Under the pieces are notes generated by a model. The model worked only from the letters and a program-made list of their open reading frames with translations. It was not told the DNA's origin and searched no databases. This document shows, one piece after another, positions 43,375-56,606 of a stretch of DNA of 64,000 nt; position 1 is the stretch's first letter, and every line of letters begins with the position of its first letter. Position numbers and translations under genes: made by a program. The stretch covers positions 11,594,001 through 11,658,000 of the forward strand of contig OZ024745.1 in NCBI GenBank assembly GCA_964016885.1. The letters are read 5' to 3'. Source of the DNA: Eledone cirrhosa (Eukaryota).

Positions 43375-43715
43375 GTCCATGCTTTCCAGCATAGTTACGT
43401 CCCTTTGCGATCTGAGTTCAAATCCCGCCGAGGTTGACTTTGCCTTTCATCCTTACGGGGTCGATAAAATAAAGTACCAGTAATGTTCTGGGTAATTGCT
43501 GGCCTTGTGCCAATAGTAGAAATAATTATTTAGTCCAATTGGCAGTGGATTGGCAGTATCGGTAGAGGGTCGGACACCATGCTTTACAGCATAGTTACGT
43601 TCCTTTACGTTCTGAGTTCAAATCCCGCCTAGATTAACTTTACCTTTCATCCTTACGGGGTCGATAAAATAAAGTACCACTAGGATAATTGTGCCAAAAG
43701 TAGAAACAATTATTG
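43375..43715 (+). mobile_element. Two head-to-tail Nin/Deu-like SINE copies (best preserved in the window)
   Basis: TGGCAGTATCGGTAGAG (A-box-like), GAGTTCAAATCCC (B box), and TTTGCCTTTCATCCTTACGGGGTCGATAAAATAAAGTACC. Confidence 0.8.
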
Positions 43716-45289
43716 AGTCCAATTGAGAAGATTCTGCAGTCAATCCACAATATCATTGGCAAAGACATTTCTAACTTGAAAGTCGAATGAAAGTCAAAGT
43801 TAACATCAGTTTAATTGAAAACCTGAATATAGTTGAGTGTTTGGAATGGTTCCGGTATTTTAAGATCCTCAGATCAGCCCTGATTAAGGGGACCTATTAT
43901 CTAAACCATTCCAGTTGTGACCAATATTTTTTGTTTTAGATATAACTTGTTTGAAATAACCTCATCCAATATGTGTATACTATTTTCAGAGATTAGAAAG
44001 AAATGTAGTTGCTATTTCTAGAAGGGTTAGTAATCGTATAAAAGTTCCATCGCTGGTTTAAATATTTCGACGTCTCAATTAAAAGTAGGTTTGAAGAATC
44101 CCAATATTTCTGTTTTAACTATTTGATTTGATCCATTCTTAAAAGTTTCATCATTTCAATTGACACAGCTAAACATACTGGGGATGGAATTTCAAGCGAG
44201 TCATCCTTCATTGCAAAACATTGTAAAGGGGAGTGGATGGACGAGTAAAATCATATTTTGTGGGTTTGTACGCTATACTTTATTACTGAGACATATTATA
44301 AGCTACGTTTATATCAAGTGAAACGAAGGTGTCTCGCATGACGATTCGACCTGCTGACAATAGCAGGCAAATCCCCTTTAAATCACACACAACCGTCATA
44401 AATAAAGAAGGGACACAGTGGAGGTTGCACTCCTTGATATGGAAAAATACTAAATGGTCACAACAGGATTTCCTTTGATCATAAATCTGCAGTTTCAGGG
44501 ATAATCTGGGATTAAATAGCAACAACAACAACAAAAACTTCATTCATTTCATAACGAAAGGTAAATTTGATCAAAGCTTCGGCGATGACAAGGGTTCTGT
44601 CGGTTTAATGACAGATCTAAGAGGTTTTGTTCATAATAGGAGCCAAATCCTCCACAATCTCGACAGAATAAAAGGCTGAGGTTTGGATCATGTTTGAGTA
44701 GCAAAGTAAAAAGAAGAATGGTTTTATGCTTCGTTGGAACTTTCAAGGATGAATGAGATAAAGTGACATGTTTATTTCACAGAATATCAAGAATTACATA
44801 CTGACTGACTTTACCGATAAACTTCAAGTTGAGACAGAACTATGGAAGGAGAGAAGAGACATTAACGCTATATTTCTTTATCGCTGTACAACTGGATTGA
44901 AGATCAAATAACTGGGATAAGTTTCAATTTACTTCTGTATCGAAACAGTTGATCAATGATTCTGGATAAGCTGATATAATTTTAGATGCTGGAAACCTTT
45001 TTCTTTATCAAACCACACAGAAACAGCTATATAGATCGATCTGAAATCACCGAGACAAAACAATTATTGTTTAAGGAAATATATTCAAAACTTTCTCGGT
45101 TATTTAGTCAGACGTGGGTAAAGAGATTGTTTAGCTTTTCGTTGCGATATCAGAGAATGTGAGTGAATCACGGAGTCGCCAAATATTTGTACAAATTCTT
45201 AAGAAAATGTTGAACTGTATAACATGTTTGTATGGGCACTGATTCTTGAGTGATACAAGGTCAGCAATTTGGTGAAGGTAGATTATATA

Positions 45290-45730
45290 AAAATCAATAC
45301 TTAACTGGTACTTTATCGATGCCGGAAGTATGAACAGCAAAGTTGATCTCGACGGCATTTGCACTTAGAAGGTAGAAAGACATATCATAACTAAATACTG
45401 CAGAGCATGTGTCCAAGACCCTTCCATTAGTGCCTACTCTATCTCCTTCTGTATGGGCAATAATGATACGGCTTAATCTGATTTGAATGAAGTTATTCGA
45501 TTCCCGGACCGGGTGATGCGTTGTGTTCTTAAGCAAGATACTGTAGAAATAAGTTGCCACGTCACAGGTGCGAAGCTGTATCGACCATTGCCTTTCCATT
45601 GGCCAATATCGGTGGCATGGAGAGGTGATACTGGTATGCTTGGGTGACAACTGGTTTTCCGTAAACAACCTTGCCCGGAATTATACCGCGGAGGGGAACT
45701 TTCTAGGTGTAAATCCCACGGCCATTAATC
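45290..45730. mobile_element. Nin/Deu-like SINE (minus, 45290-45440) followed by a second-family SINE (plus, 45490-45730)
   Basis: The second part is the reverse-complement homolog of 58483-58818. Confidence 0.7.
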
Positions 45731-46433
45731 CTTGTGATTCATAGAACATAGACGTTATTCCCTGTTTTAGACCATTAATTAAATGAATGTTCAATACGTA
45801 AATGCGTTAGCTTATCGCTGAGAGTAAACCCAAATTATATCTGATTTCTCAGAATGATGTGGAAATACTAAATCAACTTCCAGTAGATCCGAATTACAGT
45901 GTACAGTGTGATATCAAACTTCTTGTTGAGCGCAGCTTTTTGTTAATAAATAGTTTTTGTTTTTTTTCTTAATACTTAAATCACGTCATTAACGCGACGG
46001 CAGAGTCGTTAACACGTTAGAATACTTTGTGGTATTATTTCCACCTTTTTACGTTCTGAGTTCAAATCCCTCCGAGGTTAACTTTACCTCTCGAGCTCGA
46101 TCAAAAAAGGTCAGGTCCTGAGGTCGATTTTTTTCTTTAAATCTCTTTCTCACTTCCTATCTAGTACTACCCCTCTCTCTCTCCCCTCCGCCACTGTCCC
46201 TCCCTCTCTTCCCTCCGCCACTTTCCCTCCCTCTCCCTCCATCCGCCACTGTCCCCCCCCTCCAACCTCTCCCCTATCAGTTCTATTACTGTACATATAC
46301 TCTATTAGTGCTACGGTAAATTTCACTGTTATTCGGAAGTATTATTCTTGTTAATTATATAATTATGTTTTAAACGTTGTTATCACACTTTTCCGTTCTA
46401 GAATTTAACAAGTAAACATGAAATTCAACACCA

Positions 46434-46540
<107 letters not shown>

Positions 46541-46889
46541 TCACACACACACATATATATGTATATATCTGCACACTCACAAAAAAAACAAAAAACACAC
46601 ATATATATATATACACATACTCACACACACACAACACACACACACACATATATATATATACACACTCACACACACACAACACACACACACACATATATAT
46701 ATATACACACTCACACATTTTATATATATATACATATATATATATATATGTATATACACACACTCACACACATTATATATGTATATGTATATGTATATAT
46801 ATATATAATGTGTTTTTTCCTGGGTTTTTCCCCTGTGAGTTACACATGTGATTTTACAAAGCACTGTGTCATCCACAACACTGGCGCAG

Positions 46890-47036
46890 AACAAAATACC
46901 TGTTGATAACGTGATATTCCTCGTTCGATCATTATACCAAAAAGCTTATTGTTTTAAGCAGATAGTATTATTGAATTAGGTGTCACAGAAACCCTGTACT
47001 GGATTTTACCATCAATTCCAGAGGTCTAGGTTTGTT
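46890..47036 (+). ncRNA. Type I hammerhead ribozyme candidate with U3-A8 core and long stem II
   Basis: AACAAA ata CCTG-TTGATAA-C GTGATAT...GTGTCAC A-GAAA-CC..CTGGA loop TCCAG A GG-TC-TAGG TTTGTT, followed immediately by a TA-rich tract. Confidence 0.7.
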
Positions 47037-47040
47037 ATAC

Positions 47041-47095
<55 letters not shown>

Positions 47096-47102
<7 letters not shown>

Positions 47103-47182
47103 GGAAGGCGGTCAATAAGCCATTAACCACCTAAGCCAGAAAACAAGTCAAGCTAAACAGGTCAGACAAAATATATGACATA

Positions 47183-47258
<76 letters not shown>

Positions 47259-47479
47259 TATGTCATATATTTTGTCTGACCTGTTTAGCTTGACTTGTTT
47301 TCTGGCTTAGGTGGTTAATGGCTTATTGACCGCCTTCCCAGTTTATATGGCCTTATAACCTATGTTTATTGCTCTGGTCTTTTTTAGCCCATGGAGCGCT
47401 TGCCAGCATGACTCGCAATTTACGTTACGTTTCTCTTTTTCTACCCGCCGAAATGCGATTCTCGCTGAATTTATATTTG

Positions 47480-47480
<1 letters not shown>
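47096..47480 (+). mobile_element. Family B fold-back element: perfect ~90-bp inverted arms around (AT)n plus a ~135-bp tail
   Basis: 47096-47186 is the reverse complement of 47256-47346. A diverged relative lies on the minus strand at 58020-58250. Confidence 0.8.
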
Positions 47481-47510
<30 letters not shown>

Positions 47511-47661
47511 GGCTTCTACAGGACTAGAACTGTTTCATTCGGGAGAAATTATCACACGCATACATATATATACATATATATGTTTGTGATTATGCGTGCA
47601 CGTGTGTATACATGTGTGTGTGTGTGTGTGTATCTTTATATATATATATATATATATATAA

Positions 47662-47717
<56 letters not shown>

Positions 47718-48039
47718 TTATATATATTTAAAGATACACACACACACACACATATACACACACACGCGCGCATAAACACAAACGTATATATGTATATATA
47801 TATATGTATGCGTGTGTATCTGTGTGTATGTGTATCTGTATGTGTAAGGGGGGAGGTACATGTGCGTGTGTAAGTGCGTGTGTATGTGTATGTGTATGTG
47901 TGTGTGCGTGGAAATTTGCCAATAACAACGTGATGGATTGTAATGCGTCATAATTAGAGAGTGGCAACTCCAGAGTAAATAGAATGTCTTTAACTTGTGT
48001 AGCATCAATCGAAGTTGAAAATTGATACAGTCGGTCATA

Positions 48040-48480
48040 ATAGTGGAGGGGAAGGGGGCTGTGAGGTGGAGGGGGAGTATGATGACGGTGGTGGCGGTGG
48101 TGGCGGCTATGGTGACGGTGTGGGTGGCGTGGGGAGGAGGGGCTATGATGACGGTGAGGTGGGGGTATTAGAAGTGAACGTTTATACGAAGGATAATTCT
48201 ATTGATGCCATCATCACCATCTCCACCACCATCACCACTACAGCGACTACCGCCACCACTACCACCGCCATCATAATCACCACAACCGCCACCACTACCA
48301 CCGCCATCATAATCACCACTAGAGCCACTACCGCCACCACCATCATCATCACCACTACAGCCACTACCTCCACCACCATCATCATCATCACCACTACAGC
48401 CACTACAGCCACCACTATCTCCACCACCACTACATCACCACTACCACCATCTCCACCACCCCTACAGCCACCCCCCCTTC
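48040..48480. repeat. Degenerate (GGT)n followed by (ACC/ATC)n trinucleotide tracts
   Basis: Seen directly; explains the poly-G/poly-T ORF. Confidence 0.85.
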
Positions 48481-48879
48481 TCTCTAACAACAATACATCC
48501 ACAGATCTGTAAACACGGCAGTCACCTAGTCTGCCTCATCAGGGTTTGAATTACTGTGAAGGAACCAATAAATTAGTGCCTCTGTCAGCCGTGCTATTCA
48601 CTTTGGTAGTCAGCCTAATACTAAATCTTAACTATCGCGTCTTAGTAGAATCTAAGTCTTAAAGCACACACTCTGTGTTATAGTCACTGAATTTATTGTT
48701 ATTTGGTAATAGTTAAAGTATTAGTCTTATATTAACTACTGGGCCATCAAGAACCTGAATCACTGTATCTGTTTATGTAAGTGAAGTAGAGAACCAGTAA
48801 CCAGATCGTAAATGTACGAGGAAATACTTTGACATAGAATAACATATTATTATCACTTAAAGATAAGTGGGTGGGTAGG

Positions 48880-49690
48880 GGGCTTAGTCAGATCGGTAGA
48901 GCGACCGACAAAATACTTGGCGTTATTTGGTTTGGAATTTCTACGTTTTGATTTCAAATCCCGTCGATGTTAGCTTTGCCTCTCATCCTTACGAAGAAGA
49001 ATCAACCTCAGTACTGGATTGGTACGTTTTATATCGACCTAGAAATGGTAGGGTGGGGGTTGCAGAATTGCTAGAGCGTCGGATAAAATGCTATTGCGGG
49101 GTTTGATCCGGCTCCTTACATTCTGAGTTCAAATCCCACCGAGGTTAACTTTGCCTTTCGTCTTTCCGGAATCAATAAAATAAAATATGTCATGTAATAT
49201 GATTGATTTAATTAATTTTCCTTTCCCTCAGATTTGCCTCCCTTGTGCCGGATTGACAGAACTGTTCGTGATAAAAATGTTAGTGATAAAAATGTTTTAC
49301 AATATTTAGTTACCGTCTTTTACGTTCTGAGTTCAAATCTCACAGAAGTTAACTTTGCTTTCATCCATCCGAAGTCAAACTGTCAGACAAATGCTGGGGT
49401 CAGACAGTTATACCCTCTCCAAAAGTGTTATGTTATTGTAGCAACATTAACATTCGATATTCGTTGAATGAAAGAATGGCAATAGATGATGGACACGATA
49501 GAACTCCACAAATATTTGGTAGTATTTAGGTCGCGTGTCCGTTTACATTCAGAGTTTAAATCCGTTCGATGTTTATCCTTCCGATGTTGATAGAATAAGT
49601 ACCAGTCATGTAGTAGGGTTGATTTCATTAATTTTGCTCCTCACCCGCGTCCCATCAAAATGTTATCTTGTAGCCTTGTGTCAATATCGT
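48880..49690 (+). mobile_element. Train of four decayed Nin/Deu-like SINEs
   Basis: Repeated GGTAGAGCG..GACAAAAT...TTCAAATC...TTTGCCT.TCATCC modules, all on the plus strand. Confidence 0.7.
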
Positions 49691-50704
49691 AAATCAATAT
49701 GGCGTTGTGTGGAAATAGTAGATTTGTAGAAATGGTAGACGTACAATATTTAGTTTTCTTTTTCTTTATTCTTAGCTAAAAGTTTCAGATTAAATGTTAC
49801 TTTTCCCCCGCTCCTGCTAAAATAACATGTTCTAAGTTCGATGTAGTTTATAATATCTGTGATTTCTGTTGACTCATAGTCTTAATATTTTCACAGCTAA
49901 TGATATTTAAAACGACCTAACTGAAACAAAATCTATTTTATCTTAACCATATAACTACATCTTCTAGCCAAATGAAGTCAATATTTATACACAATGTAAG
50001 CAGTCCAGAGGAAAAGATTTTCATGGGTGGAGTTTGCTAGGCAATGGAAAAGACAAATCTATTGTTGCTACGTCGTTTGAAGAAATTATGATTGTTATTT
50101 TCTTTTTGTTTCTCTATAAATTCATGGCCTTGAGTGGAATTGAGAAATCAATATTTATATATTGTATTGCATCTAGCTTGTTATTGCTACACATAGTAAT
50201 TCCATATTGGTTCTGTTTGCGACAAGGTCTTTAATTGCCATTATTTAATGATTGGTTCCTAGTACTTAGACTTAGTTTCTCGTTTGTGTTCACGAACTCA
50301 ATCTATTAGAATAAAGACAAAGTATAAATTGAAAATCAGTTGCTATTTCATTTGAATATATGTATATATATATTTCTAGTCTAGTCGAAGCCCACGAGAA
50401 TCCATCTGTTAATACTCCGCGCTATTGGTATCCGTTATATAGTGTTAAATCATAAACCGCTTTGTAGTTTAGAATCTGGATTTATTCGAGATAATTGTTT
50501 ATTAACGTTTATTCTACAGTATGGCTGTATAAATCAATTGTGAGAGGAAATCATTCAATTTTCTTACAAAACAAAACAAAGTGAAGAGTGAAGGAAGCAA
50601 AGAATTAGAGTTGGAGTTTATATCTGAGAAGTTCAGAAGAATAGAAAATGTAATGGTGCAAATATAACAGCGGAGTAAAGATCAGAAACCATTAAGGGAG
50701 ATGA

Positions 50705-51370
50705 GGACGATGGACAGTAGAATCATTAGAGCGTCGGACAACATGTTTTTCGGGATATAGTTACGGCCCTTTACGTTCTGAGTTCAAATATCGTCGAAGT
50801 TAGCTTTGCCTTTCATCCTTACGGGATAATGTAATACCAGTAACGATCTGGAGGTCAATTTAATCGACCCCCCACCTACCACAAAAAAAAAATTGTTGAC
50901 TTTTCCTAAATCAGAAACGATTATTAAGGAAGATAAAGTGGATTGGCCGTATCGGTAGAGCGTCGGACAACATTGCTTGTGGCGATTTAAATACGACTTT
51001 CTCCAGCTTTGTCTTTTATCCTTTCGGAGTCGACAAATAAAATACTATTCAAATACTGAGGTCTTTATAATCGAGCTTCTCTCCCCCACCCCCCAAATTG
51101 GTGGCTTTGTGCCCAAATTAGGAACAATTATTAAGAGAGATTAGAGTGATGTATTGACAGTAGAATAAGTAGAGCATCGTACAAAATGCTTTGCGGCATA
51201 TAGTTACAACTTTCTACGTCCTGGGATCAAATCCTGCTGAGATAGACCTTTTTGATTTTCATTTTTCCAGGATCAATGAAATAAAATACTAGTCTAGTAA
51301 TGAGGCTGAATACATCGATTTTCCCCTTCTCGTAAATTGCTGGCCTTGTGCCAAAATTAGAAATAATTAT
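50705..51370 (+). mobile_element. Train of three Nin/Deu-like SINEs
   Basis: Three head-to-tail ~220-bp modules, each ending in variants of CCAAATTAG(G)AA.AATTATT. Confidence 0.75.
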
Positions 51371-52506
51371 TGAGAAGGTAGTGATTTAGTGTGACTGACA
51401 TGTTTGATATGTGAAGACAAATACCAGTTGACTTTACAGTGGTAACAACCCATTTCTAAAATATTTGAAACAAGGAAATGAAATACCAGACTTACTATTG
51501 CTGTAAATGTTGGACTTAAATACAAATACAATTTCAAAGGAGAATATCGGATGCAACCAAGATGTGACAAATTGTAATCTTTAATTCGGGAATTGTAAAG
51601 AATGGGATTAGCGCAATCTTTATTATGAAGACGTTAAAGTATACAAATAACAGCGCAAACGATAATTATGTTTAGATTTTGTTGTTAAAGGAAACTTGAT
51701 TATCAAACTATCAGAGGAAAATGTCTAGAATTACTTCACTGAAGCAAATGCCGATATATTTCATTTGAAGTTGTGTGGTTGTTATAGAATAGATCTTCTG
51801 TTATAGAATAGATCAACTTGTGACAGTTCAATAGTTTACATTCTTTGGATATTTGACACTCTCTTTTAATGGTTAGTTGTATTATACTATAAAATGTAAT
51901 ATTCTAAACTTCCAGTTTCAAGGACAATATAACCCCGTAATTGGTGGGGGAGTCCTTGGGGTATCATATTGACATACGGCGTTTCTTGGGCATTTTAAAA
52001 CATCTCCAGGTCTGAATACAACAGATTTCTTCCAGAGAAAATTAGAGAGTGAGAGAGAGGAAATGAGAAAGATTTATAAAGGAAGAAGCGACCCTATTAC
52101 TTGAGTGGTTCTATTTTTTAGTTGAAAGGCAAAGTTGACCTCGGTGAGATTTGAACTGAGAGAGTAGAGAGCCAAACCGAATACCGCAAAGCATTCTAAA
52201 CATTTTAACGACTCTGTCAATTTGTCGACTTATATAAGTGCCATATGTTTCAATCAAAATACTACCATGGGTCCCTGAGGGGCCCACATGCCACCAGGAA
52301 AGCTGACGGCCTGGCCTGTCCGCCACTGCTTGTAATGTATATAGTGCATTTTAGGCATATTTACAAAATAATTTCAGCCCTTTATATCTGGTTTCTAAAG
52401 TCATTCTAAATTAATGAAATTAATTTTAAAAACATAAAATAATATTTTAAAATATTTCTTGATCTTTTACTTTAGATTGATTAAAATTATTAGCCTATCA
52501 AAAGTA

Positions 52507-52540
<34 letters not shown>

Positions 52541-52547
<7 letters not shown>

Positions 52548-52919
52548 TAAAATAACAGATTAAAGTTTAAGCAAAGAATCGCTGCTTTCACCCTTAACGG
52601 GATCTTCTGAAACTAACAAAGTCAATCTGTAAACGCAGAACTGGATATTTCAAAAAACGTTGCAACCGGAGGAAGACAGGAAGACGATACTTTGGTTCGT
52701 GGAAACGTTCGCTGAACGTTTTGTGAAATATCCAGTTCTGCGTTTACAGATTGACTTTGGTAGTTTCAGAAGATCCCGTTAAGGGTGAAAGCAGCGATTC
52801 TTTGCTTAAACTTTAATCTGTTATTTTAATAAATATTTGCTCTACGGTTCTTATATATTTGATATATATTTATCTTTATCGAGCCCTCTTTGGATTTTAG
52901 TCTTCAAATTTATTATTAT

Positions 52920-52922
<3 letters not shown>
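52541..52922 (+). mobile_element. Family C fold-back element (~120-bp inverted arms plus an ~85-bp tail) in (TA)n
   Basis: 52541-52659 is the reverse complement of 52716-52836. Confidence 0.85.
52746..52821 (+). ncRNA. Type I hammerhead ribozyme with variant CAGAAGA core
   Basis: ACAGATTGA ctttggt AGTTT-CAGAAGA-T CCC gttaa GGG T-GAAA-GCA loop TGC-TT-AAACT TTAATCTGT. The same core is present in the inverted arm. Confidence 0.75.
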
Positions 52923-52956
<34 letters not shown>

Positions 52957-52957
<1 letters not shown>

Positions 52958-53092
52958 CGAATGAGATGTGGTAAGGAACCAGGTGGACCATAACGCACCA
53001 AAGTACTCAATACTTGAGGTAGTAGAGTGGGTAATAGGAACCAGTAAGACCCCGACAGCTGAGCTCAAGCCGTTTCGACGGCTAATTCTGGA

Positions 53093-53149
<57 letters not shown>

Positions 53150-53563
53150 AAACACCTTTCCTCTATTCTCCAGAAAGCCAATACATATATATATATAACG
53201 GAGGAAATGTGGTAAGGAACCAGATAGACCATAACGCACCAGAGTACTCAATACTTGGGGTAGTAGAGTGGTTAATAGGAGAAAGTATGACCCCGACGGC
53301 AGAGCTCAAGCCGTTTCGACGGCTATTTCTGGACTAAATTAACATTTTTAGCCTGGTAAATAAATAGCCGAAGTTGTCAAGGGGTATTTCCTTATATGGG
53401 AAGATTGTATTTTCCCATATAAGGAAGTACCCCTTGACAAGCTACAATCTTCCCATATAAGGAAGTACCACTTGACAAGTTCGGCTATTTATTTACCAGG
53501 CTAAAAATTCTAATTTAGTCCAGAAATAGCCGTCGAAACGGCTTGAGCTCTGCCGTCGGGGTC
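52957..53563. mobile_element. Two family A copies: 52957-53095 (tail + arm) and the longest copy, 53197-53563, with a complete HHR in both arms
   Basis: 53290-53410 is inverted at about 53443-53563, with a stuttered turn at 53412-53441. Confidence 0.9.
53467..53562 (+). ncRNA. Type I hammerhead ribozyme with U3-A8 core (family A)
   Basis: ACC(C/A)C-TTGACAA-G tt CGGCTATTT loop AAATAGCCG t C-GAAAC-GGC ttgagctct GCC-GTC-GGGGT. Predicted cleavage after 53557; mirror copy at 53290-53385 on minus. Confidence 0.85.
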
Positions 53564-53569
53564 ATATAT

Positions 53570-54670
53570 ATATTTTTATGGTAGGGTTGTGTATAGAACG
53601 CTTTTGCTGATACCATTAAAAGAAAATATAGAAGAAATTCTGAGATATTGATTTCAATTTATATAGTTGGGCCAATATTATTATATGAGTTATGTAGACC
53701 ATTATCAGTGATAATTGAATGGTTAAATACAATGTTTAAAAATTTGATCCTTCTAAAACGCAATCAATTTTTACAATTCCGAATCAATTAAATACCACAA
53801 TTTATCTTCAACAAATTGAACATTTTCCTATCCAAAAAGGAAAAACTATATTAGGATAGTAAATATCTTCCGTAAAAAAACGAGTTTCATGAAATCGGAT
53901 TACATTTTACTATTAGAAGAAACTATAGAATCTTAAATTGTTAAATGCTCAATATAAATAAGAAAAAAACATCTATAAGAATAGGAATTTATTTTATTAA
54001 TAAATATCAAAATAATACAATAATATTATTGAAGCAGACTATATTAGCTGAGTTATTTTTACAGATATGACATATTCCTGTAATAGAGTATTGAGTCGCA
54101 TAGAATTATCAACATAGGAATTAATGTGTCAGCTTAAAATGTCATCATCTTTTTACGATATATGAGACAGATCTCTGGAAGAATTGTAATATCTTTAAAT
54201 TCTGTCAAAGAAATAAAATGGGAAAATATCTTTTACTAATATTTTATCGAACCAAAGAATTATTTCAATCAAGAAAAAGAGGCTGTATTAGAAAATTGAA
54301 AGTATAATCTTAAAAATAGATAATTATTTATTTGAAAAAAATTAAACAAACAGCAAGGATTTGTAAACCGATATCATAAAGATATTACGGGAAAGAAGAT
54401 ATCAGATTAATCAGCAAAATAAAGGAGTCTAAAAAGAAAGAAATACATTCCTAATCATCCGAAGTAAAATCATTTAGTGAAAACATAATCACCTCAGGCT
54501 GGAAAAAATATTGAAAAGAATCAATAGATAAACGATAAAACCTTAATACTTGATTAACTCAGATTTATCATTGGAAATAAAAAGGTTTTGTTGTTCACGT
54601 ATGGGGCCCTCTAAATTATACCAGAACATATGGAATTACTCTAATGTGCGAAATATTGAGAAACTTCATC
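53570..54670 (+). pseudogene. Possible heavily decayed PLE RT/endonuclease remnant
   Basis: Scattered motif-like pieces in different frames (YMSYVDH resembling YxRYVDD, IFRKKT, GLHF). Lies just upstream of an HHR-bearing 3' end. Confidence 0.3.
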
Positions 54671-54680
54671 GTCACACACA

Positions 54681-54737
<57 letters not shown>

Positions 54738-54746
54738 ATATATATC

Positions 54747-55359
<613 letters not shown>

Positions 55360-55681
55360 ATGTATGTCCTCGTTGAGCCATATCTACAACTTTATAACCT
55401 TTCTTGTGTAATCTCTACTTAAGTGCAAAATACTGTTTCGTGACGCCATGCCAGCCTAACTTACAAGTAACAACGAACAGCTGGGGTGTATAACAATAAA
55501 TTTAACTATGAAATTGCTGAAAAGTATTTTAACGTTTGTGTGTGTGTGTGTGTGTGTGGGGGGGTTTATTAGTGAATATCAGTAAGAACTAACATCTATA
55601 GCTAAAAAAAGTAGAATGTTGATATTATTATCATTATGAATATAATATATATATATATAGAGAGAGAGATTATATATATAG

Positions 55682-55866
55682 ATTAGAGCAAAAATCACGA
55701 GCGCTCTATCTCAAAATTATTTTTGAAAAGCATTAGAAATGCGCAACCGGTAAAAACTTAAAACTAAAACTGAATACTAACTAATACTTATTACTAATTT
55801 ATACTTATTCCTAATTAAACTATTTTGCACTGGGAACAATTTGTCACCATTTTCTTTTCCTTTTTA

Positions 55867-55870
<4 letters not shown>
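55682..55870 (+). mobile_element. TA-flanked 3' fragment with a decayed U3-A8 minimal HHR (55720-55755)
   Basis: TTT-TTGAAAA-GCAT tagaa ATGC-GCAA-CCGG-TA-AAA, in which GAAA has become GCAA. Same design as 57897-57934. Confidence 0.6.
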
Positions 55871-55910
<40 letters not shown>

Positions 55911-55915
<5 letters not shown>

Positions 55916-56159
55916 GTAATCTGAGTTTTTCGAATATTAATAATAACATTCGATTCGCTAGCAATTATGCAAACAAGCCTCATTTTTAAAGCCATGTCAG
56001 TAGAATAAACCTTTCATTCTTGGCATTGTGTTGGCTTTAAAAATGAGGGTTGTTTGCATAATTGCAAACGAATCGAATGTTATAATCAATATTCGAAAAA
56101 CTCAGATTACATTTATTGTATTCAGTATGTAGAGCAAAATTTTTTCTTCTTTTTTGATT
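55911..56159 (+). mobile_element. Family D fold-back element (~83-bp inverted arms plus a ~45-bp tail) in (TA)n
   Basis: 55911-55994 is approximately the reverse complement of 56032-56115. Confidence 0.8.
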
Positions 56160-56172
56160 ATATATATATATA

Positions 56173-56606
<434 letters not shown>

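Noticed and set aside
48015-48512. Gly-rich/Thr-rich mucin-like ORF
   Set aside because: It consists of trinucleotide low-complexity tracts with no supportable gene structure.
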